From IMG/VR virus record IMGVR_UViG_3300027804_000047, positions 32,001 through 96,000 of that record: a stretch of DNA of 64,000 nt; one strand, 5' to 3'. The DNA is from a virus. A program made the translations under genes and the position numbers. Position 1 is the stretch's first letter. Each line of letters opens with the position of its first letter. Below are positions 1 through 8,396 of the stretch, piece after piece. Under the pieces are notes generated by a model, which did no database searches, had not been told where the DNA came from, and was given only the letters and a program-made list of their open reading frames with translations.

Positions 1-1
1 T

Positions 2-226
2 ATTTTTATCAATGAACAAGAGTTTTTGGCAAATCCAAATGATGCTGTAATGTTCATGGGTGAAAAATACGAACATTGGAGAGAAACAAAGTATAACAAT
101 TATGATAAAATTGGTGTAGTGTTTTTTCACTACGTTGAGCCAGATCATTGGTATTTTACAGAGGGTCCAGGGTATGTTGAAAAAATAAGAGAACAAATGA
201 GGAGTAATAATGTCATCAATAACTAG
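2..226 (+). CDS. 2OG-Fe(II) oxygenase-like protein, 5'-truncated by the window edge
   Basis: Frame is open from position 2 (IFINEQEFLANPNDAVMFMG...HWRE...VFFHYVEPDHWYF). It aligns by eye with the C-terminal half of the next ORF (LVVEDQEFEEEPNSCVLFSG...HWRT...LFMQFAEPDHWFF). Confidence 0.7.
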   Translation: MFINEQEFLANPNDAVMFMGEKYEHWRETKYNNYDKIGVVFFHYVEPDHWYFTEGPGYVEKIREQMRSNNVINN

Positions 227-926
227 CCCAATCGCTATTAAAAACTTTTTGCCACCGCATATGTTTGGCAATGTTAAAAAGCAAATATTAGATAAAAAAA
301 TGGGACCAGACGGAAATCATTTTTATCACACCGTTGCTGGTAGATGGCTGACGGAAATTCATTTTGATGAAGAAACAGAAAAAGAAATCTTAGATATAGC
401 AAGAAAAACATTTAATAATCCAAACTTAAAACGTGCAGGGTTTCATACAGCAAGGTACCAAATGCAAAATGGAATTAAGCCACAATTGTGGAAGCATTGG
501 GATCAGTCTGCTTGTCAGTATTCTTTAGATATCTGTATTGAGAAAACTGTAGATTGGAAACTAGTTGTTGAAGATCAAGAATTTGAAGAAGAGCCTAATA
601 GTTGTGTGCTATTTTCTGGAAACGATATGCTTCACTGGAGAACTCCATATCCTAGTGATAAAGAAGACGATTATGTAACATTATTATTTATGCAGTTTGC
701 AGAGCCTGACCATTGGTTTTTTACAGAAGGTGGAAAGGCTGGCTTTGATAAGCATGGACATGAAGCGGACTTTAGATTTAGAGCCAGAATGGGATATTGG
801 TCTCAGCCAGATTATTCCGACGGAAGACCAATATGCCCATGCTGCGATTACCGTGGTGTTTTAGAATTTGAAGAACGATATCAAAAAGAAAAACACCTAT
901 GGGAAAATGCTAATTTGGAAAATTAG
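210..926 (+). CDS. 2OG-Fe(II) oxygenase-like protein
   Basis: HxD (HWD) and distal H-x-R (HWR) motifs of the double-stranded beta-helix oxygenases; C-terminal extension contains CPCC. Confidence 0.75.
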   Translation: MSSITSPIAIKNFLPPHMFGNVKKQILDKKMGPDGNHFYHTVAGRWLTEIHFDEETEKEILDIARKTFNNPNLKRAGFHTARYQMQNGIKPQLWKHWDQSACQYSLDICIEKTVDWKLVVEDQEFEEEPNSCVLFSGNDMLHWRTPYPSDKEDDYVTLLFMQFAEPDHWFFTEGGKAGFDKHGHEADFRFRARMGYWSQPDYSDGRPICPCCDYRGVLEFEERYQKEKHLWENANLEN

Positions 927-1473
927 ACATTAGACTCTTTGTTCTTGGAGTAATACCTTTCCAGGCAATCCAATTTTCACCGCCGTTTGACATGTGAAAT
1001 GCAATCTGAGCATTTAATACTGGATTAAATAACTCGTAGTTTGATTCTAATTTAAACTTATCTCTACGTTCAGGACCAAGGTCGCCAATCATATTTATTT
1101 GAAATAAGCCATAAGAACTATCTCCAGTTCTTTTACTAAGATTTAATGCCATTGGTCTACCGCCAGACTCTTTCTTAGCAATAGCCCAAGCCTCCCTTAG
1201 TTTTTGACCTTCAAAACCTACTAAATATAGTAAATTTTTAAGTTCTTTGTCAGATAGATTTACAGCATTTTTATATTTTTCTAACTGATCTTCTTTAGCC
1301 TTAGAAACACTTTTGGCCACTTCCGTGGCCTCTATTGTTTCTTGCAGCACGATATTTTTACTATCGTCTAATCGGTTTTCAGAAGCATTGGCAACATTTG
1401 AATAAACACCAAAAATCGCCAATATGCTGAGTGTACCAATGATGTTCCTGTTATTATTCATAAAGTTAATCAT
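910..1473 (-). CDS. Lysozyme-like / lytic transglycosylase with N-terminal signal or anchor sequence
   Basis: AIAKKESGG (catalytic Glu), DSSYGLFQINM and W-x-x-W motifs; hydrophobic N-terminus. Start set at ATG 1473 because AAGGAGG lies just upstream on the minus strand. Confidence 0.85.
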   Translation of the reverse strand: MINFMNNNRNIIGTLSILAIFGVYSNVANASENRLDDSKNIVLQETIEATEVAKSVSKAKEDQLEKYKNAVNLSDKELKNLLYLVGFEGQKLREAWAIAKKESGGRPMALNLSKRTGDSSYGLFQINMIGDLGPERRDKFKLESNYELFNPVLNAQIAFHMSNGGENWIAWKGITPRTKSLMSNFPN

Positions 1474-1527
1474 AGTTTCCTCCTTAGAAACGAATAACAC
1501 CTTTTTAGGGGTGTTATATTACTTCTT

Positions 1528-1557
1528 AGTATAACACAATTTAGGCCAGGTAGTCAA
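1528..1557 (-). promoter_or_regulatory. Sigma70-type promoter for the lysozyme gene
   Basis: Minus strand reads TTGACT-18 bp-TATACT, with TG extension (tgtgtTATACT). Confidence 0.65.
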
Positions 1558-1561
1558 ATAA

Positions 1562-1570
1562 TGCTATAAT
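1562..1570 (+). promoter_or_regulatory. Extended -10 promoter, probably leaderless transcript
   Basis: TGcTATAAT ending 8 nt before ATG 1579; no Shine-Dalgarno. Confidence 0.6.
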
Positions 1571-1578
1571 TAATCCCT

Positions 1579-2094
1579 ATGGCAGAAATAACTAATAACT
1601 ATGGTCTAACATATCCAGAAGCAACTGACTCTGTAAATGTTCATAATGATATTAAAAAATTAGCAGATGATGTTGATGATGCAATTGCTTCTCTTGATGC
1701 CTCAAATGTTAGAATAAAAGTATTAAATAATTCTGGCACAACAATAGGGGCAGGAAAACCTGTTTATGCTACTGGACATACAAATAATAAAACAACAATT
1801 TCATTATTTACCTCTACCTTGTCTGATAATTACCCATTATTGGGACTAACAAAAACTTCTTTGGCAAATAACGAAAGCGGAGAAGTTGTTGTTGCAGGAG
1901 TTTTAACAAATATTAATACAAGTGGTTTTTCTGTTGGAGAATTATTATATGTAAATTCTTCTGGTGCTCTTACAAATACTGTTAATGGTGGAGCAATAGG
2001 AATAGTTGCAGTAGCAGATCCAGTAATTGGTGTTATTGTAATACAGGCAAAAGGTAATGGTACTTGGGGAGCATTGAAGGCTGGATTAGCCTAA
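1579..2094 (+). CDS. Virion-associated protein (fibre/decoration-like)
   Basis: N-terminal T-x-NYGLTYP...D...DIKKLA motif typical of actinophage minor tail proteins; beta-rich Gly/Val C-terminus; first gene of the fibre block. Confidence 0.55.
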   Translation: MAEITNNYGLTYPEATDSVNVHNDIKKLADDVDDAIASLDASNVRIKVLNNSGTTIGAGKPVYATGHTNNKTTISLFTSTLSDNYPLLGLTKTSLANNESGEVVVAGVLTNINTSGFSVGELLYVNSSGALTNTVNGGAIGIVAVADPVIGVIVIQAKGNGTWGALKAGLA

Positions 2095-2111
2095 TATGAT
2101 ATAATCGACAC

Positions 2112-2501
2112 ATGGCTACCTTTAGAAATCAAACCACAGATAGTTATTCGTTAGGCTCTACACCACCAGAAATTCGTTGGACGGTAGTTAGAGGAGACTC
2201 TGCAGCATTTAGAGTTTATGTTACAGATGATGAAAGAGAGCCGCTATTAATTGAAGATTGGGAAATTGCGATGGATATTTATCGTCCGTCTACAGATGAG
2301 GTTATTTTATCTTTAACCCCTGGCGTAATTGAATTTCAAGATAGCGAAGGTAGTTTTACTGTTTCTTTAACAGCAGATCAATCTGAAATTTTAGAAACAG
2401 GAGATGTCTTTGATATACAACTAACAGAACTTGATTCTGGCACCAGAGTTTGGACGGTAGCCAAAGGTTCAATGGTTATTATTGAAGACATAACAGAGTA
2501 A
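2112..2501 (+). CDS. Virion structural protein (Ig-like/BppU-like fold possible)
   Basis: VVRGDS...FTVSLTADQS...FDIQL...TVAKG pattern; context; TGaTATAAT 6 nt upstream. Confidence 0.5.
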   Translation: MATFRNQTTDSYSLGSTPPEIRWTVVRGDSAAFRVYVTDDEREPLLIEDWEIAMDIYRPSTDEVILSLTPGVIEFQDSEGSFTVSLTADQSEILETGDVFDIQLTELDSGTRVWTVAKGSMVIIEDITE

Positions 2502-2746
2502 TGCCAACAAACCTAACACCAATATCTGAACAAGTATATAGAACAACTCACCGCCTAGCGCATGCACAAATAAAAGAATTAGATAAAAGATCTATACGAA
2601 TTAATGATATAAACCATAAAACAAAAATAGAAGAAATTATTCCATTTAAAGTACAATTTATAAATGTTGGAGTTTTTGGGTTTTCTAGCAATAACCCAGC
2701 AGGTGTTGGGGTTGCAGTTGTTGGCTACAATAACTACATCCTCTAA
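2501..2746 (+). CDS. Hypothetical virion-associated protein
   Basis: Coupled (TAATG) to the previous ORF; 81 aa. Confidence 0.55.
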   Translation: MPTNLTPISEQVYRTTHRLAHAQIKELDKRSIRINDINHKTKIEEIIPFKVQFINVGVFGFSSNNPAGVGVAVVGYNNYIL

Positions 2747-2776
2747 AAAATATAAAAAGGGAGTTATAATAAGGCC

Positions 2777-3223
2777 ATGGCAAAAATATCACTTGCTACA
2801 CTAAAAACAAAGTTTGAATCTGGAGATCGTCCTAGTCAGCAAGACTATGAAGATTTAATTGACAGCGCTGCTGGTCAATCATTGGATCTTGGATCTTCAG
2901 GCAATAATGAAAATACCATTTCTGGTATTGAAAACCCAACAGTTATTGATAACTTCGATGCAACTGTTTGGCGTATGGTTAAGTACATTGTTTCTATTGC
3001 CAAGACAACAGCAGGAGACAATAAATTTTATGCAACAGAATTGACTATACTCGTAGACGGTACAAATGTAAATGTTTCTGAGTATGGAACAATAGACAAC
3101 GATGGGAATATTGGCACCATTAGCGTCTCAAGGGCTGGAAATACAGTATCCTTAACGGTTACTCCAGACCCTGCAATTAAGCCAGTCACAGTTCGTTATG
3201 CACGAATTGGACTTAAGGCGTAA
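2777..3223 (+). CDS. Virion structural protein
   Basis: LKTKFESGDRPSQQDYEDLIDS N-terminal motif seen in phage fibre-associated proteins; C-terminal beta domain resembles the C-terminus of 3240..4847. Confidence 0.55.
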   Translation: MAKISLATLKTKFESGDRPSQQDYEDLIDSAAGQSLDLGSSGNNENTISGIENPTVIDNFDATVWRMVKYIVSIAKTTAGDNKFYATELTILVDGTNVNVSEYGTIDNDGNIGTISVSRAGNTVSLTVTPDPAIKPVTVRYARIGLKA

Positions 3224-3239
3224 ATAAGGAGATAAAAAA

Positions 3240-4847
3240 ATGGCAACAGTAGTAAAAGACTTTAAAGTAAAGAATGGTCTTATTGTTGAAGGCACAACAG
3301 GTACCATCAATAATCACGATATTCTTACAAAGAAAACAGACGATCAAAACTATATCGTCAATTTAATTGGTGGAACAGCCACCTCAGCAAACGAAGCAAA
3401 CAAGGTTGTTAAGCGTGATGCTAATGGCAACTTTGCTGCGGGAGAAGTAACAGCAGACCTCGTTGGTGATGTAACTGGTAATGCAGATACAGCAACAACA
3501 CTTGAAACTGCTCGTACAATTTCTTTAACTGGAGATGTAACAGGTTCTGTTTCATTTGATGGTTCACAAAATGTAAACATTACAGCAACTGTAGATGGAT
3601 CATTTGCAACAGATTCAGAAGTTGCTACAGCAAAGGGAGAAGCAATTGACGCAGCATCAGCAGATGCTACTTCAAAGGCAAACGCTGCACAAGCAGCAGC
3701 AGAATTAACAGCATCAAATGCTCTTTCTTCAGCAGTTTCTACCCTAGAGGGACAGATTGCAGATGCAGAGACAGATGCAAATACATATACAGATAATGCA
3801 ATCACAGCACTCAATCTTGCTGGAACATATGATGCACTTGGTGCAGCAGCACAGGCTCTTTCAGATGCAGAAGACTACACAGATGAAAAAATTGCAGACC
3901 TAGTAGATTCAGCACCAGCAATGCTTGATACTCTTAACGAGTTGGCAGCAGCAATTGCTGATAATCCAAACTATGCGACAGATGTTGCTAACTTGGTTGC
4001 TACAAAGGCTGATACATCTTATGTAGATTCAGAAATTTCTGATCTTGATACAGCAGCACAGGGATATGCTTCAACAGCACAATCTAACGCAGAATCATTT
4101 GCTACAACTGCAGCAAGCAATGCTCAGTCAGCAGCAGAAGACTATGCAGATTCTCTTGCTGTAAATTATGATGCAGCAGGTTCAGCAGCAACAGCACAAT
4201 CAAACGCTAACTCATATACAGACACAGCAATTTCTGGTGTAAATAGCACAATTGCAGCACTTGATACAGGTGATGTAGCAGAAGGTTCAAACCTTTATTA
4301 CACAACTTCTCGTGCTAAGACAGATGCAGCAGCACTTATTGTAGGTGCAACAAAGACTAATATTGTTATCACAGGTGATGAGAATGGTCTTACAATTACC
4401 GCAGAAAACGGTGTTGCAGATTCTACAACATCTAATCTTGCAGAAGGTTCAAACCTTTACTTTACAGATGCTCGTGCAGTATCTGCTCTTGAAGCAGTTA
4501 CACCTGATTTCCCTGCAGTAGAACTTGCTTCTGTTGCAAAGCAGGTAGCAGCACAAGCAACAGTAGCAACTGCAAGCACAAACACAGCAGTTTCATGGGC
4601 TGTAGCAGATTACAAGTCTGCTGAGTTCCTTGTAAAGATTGCAAATGGCTCACATACAGAAGTTTCAAAGGTAATTCTTACTCTTGATACTTCAAACAAT
4701 GTTGCAGTCACAGAGTATGCGATGGTAGGAACAAATGGTTCACTTGGATCTGTTTCAGCAGATGTAAGCGGTTCAGATGTTCGTCTTCGTGTAACAACTG
4801 ACAATAACAACTCAACAGTTGCTGTTGTTGGAACACTTTTAAAGTAA
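3240..4847 (+). CDS. Tail/head fibre protein
   Basis: GNADTATTLETARTISLTGDVTGSVSFDGS and APAMLDTLNELAAAI fibre motifs, Ala-rich coiled coil, AEGSNLY twice; strong RBS (aaggag). Confidence 0.75.
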   Translation: MATVVKDFKVKNGLIVEGTTGTINNHDILTKKTDDQNYIVNLIGGTATSANEANKVVKRDANGNFAAGEVTADLVGDVTGNADTATTLETARTISLTGDVTGSVSFDGSQNVNITATVDGSFATDSEVATAKGEAIDAASADATSKANAAQAAAELTASNALSSAVSTLEGQIADAETDANTYTDNAITALNLAGTYDALGAAAQALSDAEDYTDEKIADLVDSAPAMLDTLNELAAAIADNPNYATDVANLVATKADTSYVDSEISDLDTAAQGYASTAQSNAESFATTAASNAQSAAEDYADSLAVNYDAAGSAATAQSNANSYTDTAISGVNSTIAALDTGDVAEGSNLYYTTSRAKTDAAALIVGATKTNIVITGDENGLTITAENGVADSTTSNLAEGSNLYFTDARAVSALEAVTPDFPAVELASVAKQVAAQATVATASTNTAVSWAVADYKSAEFLVKIANGSHTEVSKVILTLDTSNNVAVTEYAMVGTNGSLGSVSADVSGSDVRLRVTTDNNNSTVAVVGTLLK

Positions 4848-4876
4848 TAAAATAAATAAAAGAGGGAGTGGTAATC

Positions 4877-5332
4877 TTGGCAACAGTCAACAAGGACTTC
4901 AAGGTTAAAAATGGACTAATCGTCAATGGTAACGGTGAGTTCGGAGGAACGGTAGTTGTAGCAAACCCTACATTATCTACCCATGCTGCTACTAAGGCAT
5001 ATGTTGACTCAGTAGTTGGCGGTATGCAGGTTGGGAATACCGCTCCCTCTACACCAGACAATGGTGATTTATGGTTTGACACATTAACATCAAGAGTTAA
5101 TGTTTATTATTCTGGATCATGGATTACCATGGCAGCAATTGACGATACATTAAATCTTCCACAGCATATTCACGACACTGCAATTGATGGAACTGGATTT
5201 ATAGTATCTCAGTTTGTTACTGGTGGTAGTTTTAATGACCCTCAGGGTTCTTCAATAGATGCAGGATCCTATAATACCAACTCATGGACTCTAGTTTATG
5301 ATGGCGGTATAGCAACAGATAACTTCAATTAA
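4877..5332 (+). CDS. Short fibre-associated protein
   Basis: TTG start gives MATVNKDFKVKNGL, matching the N-terminus of 3240 (MATVVKDFKVKNGL); HAATKAYVD and APSTPDNGDLWFDT fibre motifs. Confidence 0.65.
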   Translation: MATVNKDFKVKNGLIVNGNGEFGGTVVVANPTLSTHAATKAYVDSVVGGMQVGNTAPSTPDNGDLWFDTLTSRVNVYYSGSWITMAAIDDTLNLPQHIHDTAIDGTGFIVSQFVTGGSFNDPQGSSIDAGSYNTNSWTLVYDGGIATDNFN

Positions 5333-5395
5333 AAACTGATGTTATAATAAGCACAGAAATAAATTGGTAGAAATACCATAAGGAGAGATAAAAAT

Positions 5396-7291
5396 ATGGC
5401 AACAAGAATGCAGCAACGCAGAGGAACTGCACAGCAATGGACAGATGCAGATCCAATTTTAGCAGCAGGAGAAATCGGATTTGAGACTGACACTGGTCAA
5501 TTTAAAATTGGTGATGGCGTTAACCACTGGGAAGATCTCTCCTACTTTAAGAACCTAGAAGACCTAGGTGGAAACTTAGATGATTATATTCTTTTAACAG
5601 AGAAGGCAACAGCAAATGGCGTTGCTACTCTCGATGGTACAGGAAATATTCCAATGTCACAACTTGGAAATATTATTGATGGAGCACCAGCACTATTAAA
5701 TACATTAAATGAGATAGCAAACGCAATTGATGATGATTCAACTTTTGCTAACACAGTTGTTGCATCTTTATCAACAAAAGCACCAACTGCTTCTCCTAGT
5801 TTAACTGGAACTCCAACAGCACCTACTCCATCTTCAAGCAATGATTCAAATCAAATTGCAACAACAGCCTTTGTTAAGGCTCAAGGGTATGCTATTGCAT
5901 CAACAGTAGATACAAATAAGACTGATGCAGACAATGCAATATCTTTGTTAGATGGAAGACTTGATACAGCAGAATCTGATATCAATACACTACAAAATGA
6001 TTTAGTAGCAGTACAAGGTGATGTAACAACATTACAGGGAAGCACAACATCATTAGACGGAAGACTTGATTCAGCAGAGTCTAATATTACTACTCTACAG
6101 GGAGACTTGTCCACTGCAGAAAATAATATAACAGCAATTCAAGGCGATGTAACAACAGCACAGTCAGATATCAATGCTGCAGAAGGCAGATTAGACACTG
6201 CAGAATCAGAAATTGACGGATTACAAAGTAGCCTTACAACTGCTGAAGGTGAAATTGATCAACTTCAGACTGATGTAACATCTTTACAGACTGATGTAAC
6301 GGCGCTACAAGGAACAGTTGATACCCCTACAACTGGTCTTACTGCTAGACTTACTGCAGCAGAATCAGATATAGGATCTCTACAGACAACAGTAGATACA
6401 CCAACTACAGGTCTTTCTGATCGCATGACTGCAGCAGAAGGAGATATCAGCACTTTACAAGGAGATCTTGATACAGCAGAAGCAACATTAGCAACAGCAG
6501 TATCTGATTTAGATACACATGAAGCAGCAACAACAACTGTTCATGGAATTGCAGATACATCTGCTCTTGCTACAAAGTCTTACGCTGATACAGCAGCAAC
6601 TAATGCACAGACATCAGCGCAGTCTTATGCTGACACAGCACTTGCTTTAAAGGCACCGTTGGCTTCTCCAGCACTTACTGGAACACCAACTGCTCCAACA
6701 GCAACAGCAGGAACAAACACAACACAGGTTGCTACAACAGCGTTCGTTGGAACAGCAGTAGCAAATCTTGTTGCATCAGCACCTGCAGCATTAAATACAC
6801 TGGATGAACTTGCAGCAGCCCTTGGTGATGATGCTAACTTTGCAACAACAGTTACAAATAACTTAGCAGCAAAGGCACCACTAGCATCTCCAACATTTAC
6901 AGGAACAGTTGCTCTTCCAGCAGCATCTTCTGTAACACTAAATGGAACTGCTCTTTCTGCAACACTTGCAGATAAGGCAGATAAGACAGCATCTATATCT
7001 TCAAAGTCAGGAGCATACACATTTGCTTCTGGAGATGTTAATATGATATTTGAGTATAACTCAGGATCAGCAGGAACATTTACAATTCCAGCAGATAACT
7101 CGTTCTGGACAGTAGGACAGAGACTAGAAGTCTTGCAGGTTGGAGCAGGCCAGTTAACAATTGCTGGTGGCTCTGGAGTAACTGTAAATGGCACTCCTAC
7201 AACAAAAACAAGAACAACTTGGTCTGGAGCAACTATTATTAAAAGATCTGCAAACGTCTTCGTAGTAGTTGGAGACCTTGCTTCTTCATAA
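5396..7291 (+). CDS. Long coiled-coil fibre protein with Mtd-like N-terminal domain
   Basis: RRGTAQQW...LAAGEIGFETDTGQFKIGDG N-terminal domain; long heptad region; KAP(L/T)ASP-x-(L/F)TGT three times; C-terminal beta domain ending VVVGDL. Confidence 0.8.
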   Translation: MATRMQQRRGTAQQWTDADPILAAGEIGFETDTGQFKIGDGVNHWEDLSYFKNLEDLGGNLDDYILLTEKATANGVATLDGTGNIPMSQLGNIIDGAPALLNTLNEIANAIDDDSTFANTVVASLSTKAPTASPSLTGTPTAPTPSSSNDSNQIATTAFVKAQGYAIASTVDTNKTDADNAISLLDGRLDTAESDINTLQNDLVAVQGDVTTLQGSTTSLDGRLDSAESNITTLQGDLSTAENNITAIQGDVTTAQSDINAAEGRLDTAESEIDGLQSSLTTAEGEIDQLQTDVTSLQTDVTALQGTVDTPTTGLTARLTAAESDIGSLQTTVDTPTTGLSDRMTAAEGDISTLQGDLDTAEATLATAVSDLDTHEAATTTVHGIADTSALATKSYADTAATNAQTSAQSYADTALALKAPLASPALTGTPTAPTATAGTNTTQVATTAFVGTAVANLVASAPAALNTLDELAAALGDDANFATTVTNNLAAKAPLASPTFTGTVALPAASSVTLNGTALSATLADKADKTASISSKSGAYTFASGDVNMIFEYNSGSAGTFTIPADNSFWTVGQRLEVLQVGAGQLTIAGGSGVTVNGTPTTKTRTTWSGATIIKRSANVFVVVGDLASS

Positions 7292-7298
7292 AAAGTAG

Positions 7299-7304
7299 TA
7301 TAAT
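7299..7304 (+). promoter_or_regulatory. -10 element upstream of the repeat/Hint gene cluster
   Basis: TATAAT just after the fibre stop codon; RBS aggag near 7321. Confidence 0.45.
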
Positions 7305-7335
7305 TAAATAAATATTGAATAGGAGAATGATCTAA

Positions 7336-8394
7336 ATGGCACTACAAAAAACAGGTGACAGAGGAATAAGAAAGGTAGAAGTACCTAATCTGTCAGGAAT
7401 GACAAGAAGTCAATACCAGGCAGAGTTAACCCTAAAAGGTTTAACATATACCGAAACCACTACTACCACATCAAATTCTTCATTAGATCAAAAAATAAAT
7501 ACACAAGGCACTGTTGCTGGTACTATAGTTAATATAGGTACCAGCATTGCCATAAACTATTATCAGTATGTGTATCCTGGTTTTAGCCATTATGCTGCAT
7601 TCAGCCACTACGCTGGTTTCAGCCACTACGCTGGTTTCAGCCACTACGCTGGTTTCAGCCACTACGCTGGATTCTCTCACTATGCTGGCTTCTATCACGG
7701 ATTCTCCCATTACGGTGGATTCTCACACTATGGTGGATTCTCACACTATGGTGGATTCAATCATTATGGAGGCTTCTATCATGGATTTAGCCACTATGGA
7801 TCGTTCTCTCATCAATCATATGGCGGATTCTCACACTCATCATATGGTTCATTCTCACACTCATCATATGGTGGCTTCTATCACGGATTTAACCATTCCC
7901 CAGCATCGTACGGTGGATTTGGAGATTATTTCTCACTATCACCATCTACAGGTGTTAGAACTCCAGGCGGTATCGTAACTGCTGGATCTCTAAATGTTGG
8001 AGATAAATTATTAGCATTAAATATCGCAGAAGTTGGAACAGGTCAATTTGATCCAGCAACATGGTCTTCAGCAACATTTGATGGTATTGAAGTTGTTGAA
8101 ACAGAGGTTGTGGCAATCAGAGAAAGAACTGTTGATAAAATTTACAACATCAATGGAAGCCTTTTCTCTCCATATCACTGGATATTTACAAGAAAGGATA
8201 ATGTCTACAAGTTTGTATTGTCAAAAGATATTGACACATCATATGAAGTTTATGACTTTGCAAACCAAGATTGGTCTGCAGTTACAAACATCACAGAATT
8301 AAACTATATCGACAATGTAGTTTCTATTAACTGTGAACCTTATGATAACTTCTTTACAGAAACAATGTTAGTCTTCGATACGAAAGATAACTAA
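7336..8394 (+). CDS. PASTA-like domain + F-x-H-Y-x-G repeat region + C-terminal Hint (intein-like) domain
   Basis: aa ~13-77 VEVPNLSGMT...KINTQ...AGTIVNIGTSIAINY (PASTA-like); aa 83-199 hold 18 F-x-H units; aa 200-352 SLSPSTGVRTPGG...LNVGDKLL...SPYHWIF...VVSINCEPYDNFFTETMLVFD (Hint blocks A, B, F, G). Confidence 0.75.
   Translation: MALQKTGDRGIRKVEVPNLSGMTRSQYQAELTLKGLTYTETTTTTSNSSLDQKINTQGTVAGTIVNIGTSIAINYYQYVYPGFSHYAAFSHYAGFSHYAGFSHYAGFSHYAGFSHYAGFYHGFSHYGGFSHYGGFSHYGGFNHYGGFYHGFSHYGSFSHQSYGGFSHSSYGSFSHSSYGGFYHGFNHSPASYGGFGDYFSLSPSTGVRTPGGIVTAGSLNVGDKLLALNIAEVGTGQFDPATWSSATFDGIEVVETEVVAIRERTVDKIYNINGSLFSPYHWIFTRKDNVYKFVLSKDIDTSYEVYDFANQDWSAVTNITELNYIDNVVSINCEPYDNFFTETMLVFDTKDN
7579..7932 (+). 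repeat. Coding tandem repeat (FSHYAG / FSHYGG / FYHG / FSHSSYGG units)
   Basis: 18-bp unit ttcagccactacgctggt in four near-perfect copies at 7600-7671, followed by diverged synonymous units. Confidence 0.95.
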
Positions 8395-8396
8395 CG

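Noticed and set aside
3350-7194. Long minus-strand ORFs opposite the fibre genes (also 22611-23357, 38429-38826, 54916-55419)
   Set aside because: These are antisense shadows of biased-codon or repetitive + strand genes, with no RBS and no recognisable motifs.
5396-7291. Diversity-generating retroelement suggested by the Mtd-like N-terminal domain
   Set aside because: No reverse transcriptase and no template/variable repeat pair were seen; the N-terminal domain is only a fibre attachment module.
7600-7760. 18-bp repeats as a CRISPR array or non-coding repeat
   Set aside because: The units are contiguous with no spacers, in frame, and vary mostly at synonymous positions, so this is a coding repeat.
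7568-7978. Alternative-frame ORF with SATTLV/DSHTMV repeats
   Set aside because: It is a frame-shifted reading of the FSHYAG repeat; base changes are synonymous in the FSHYAG frame, not in this one.
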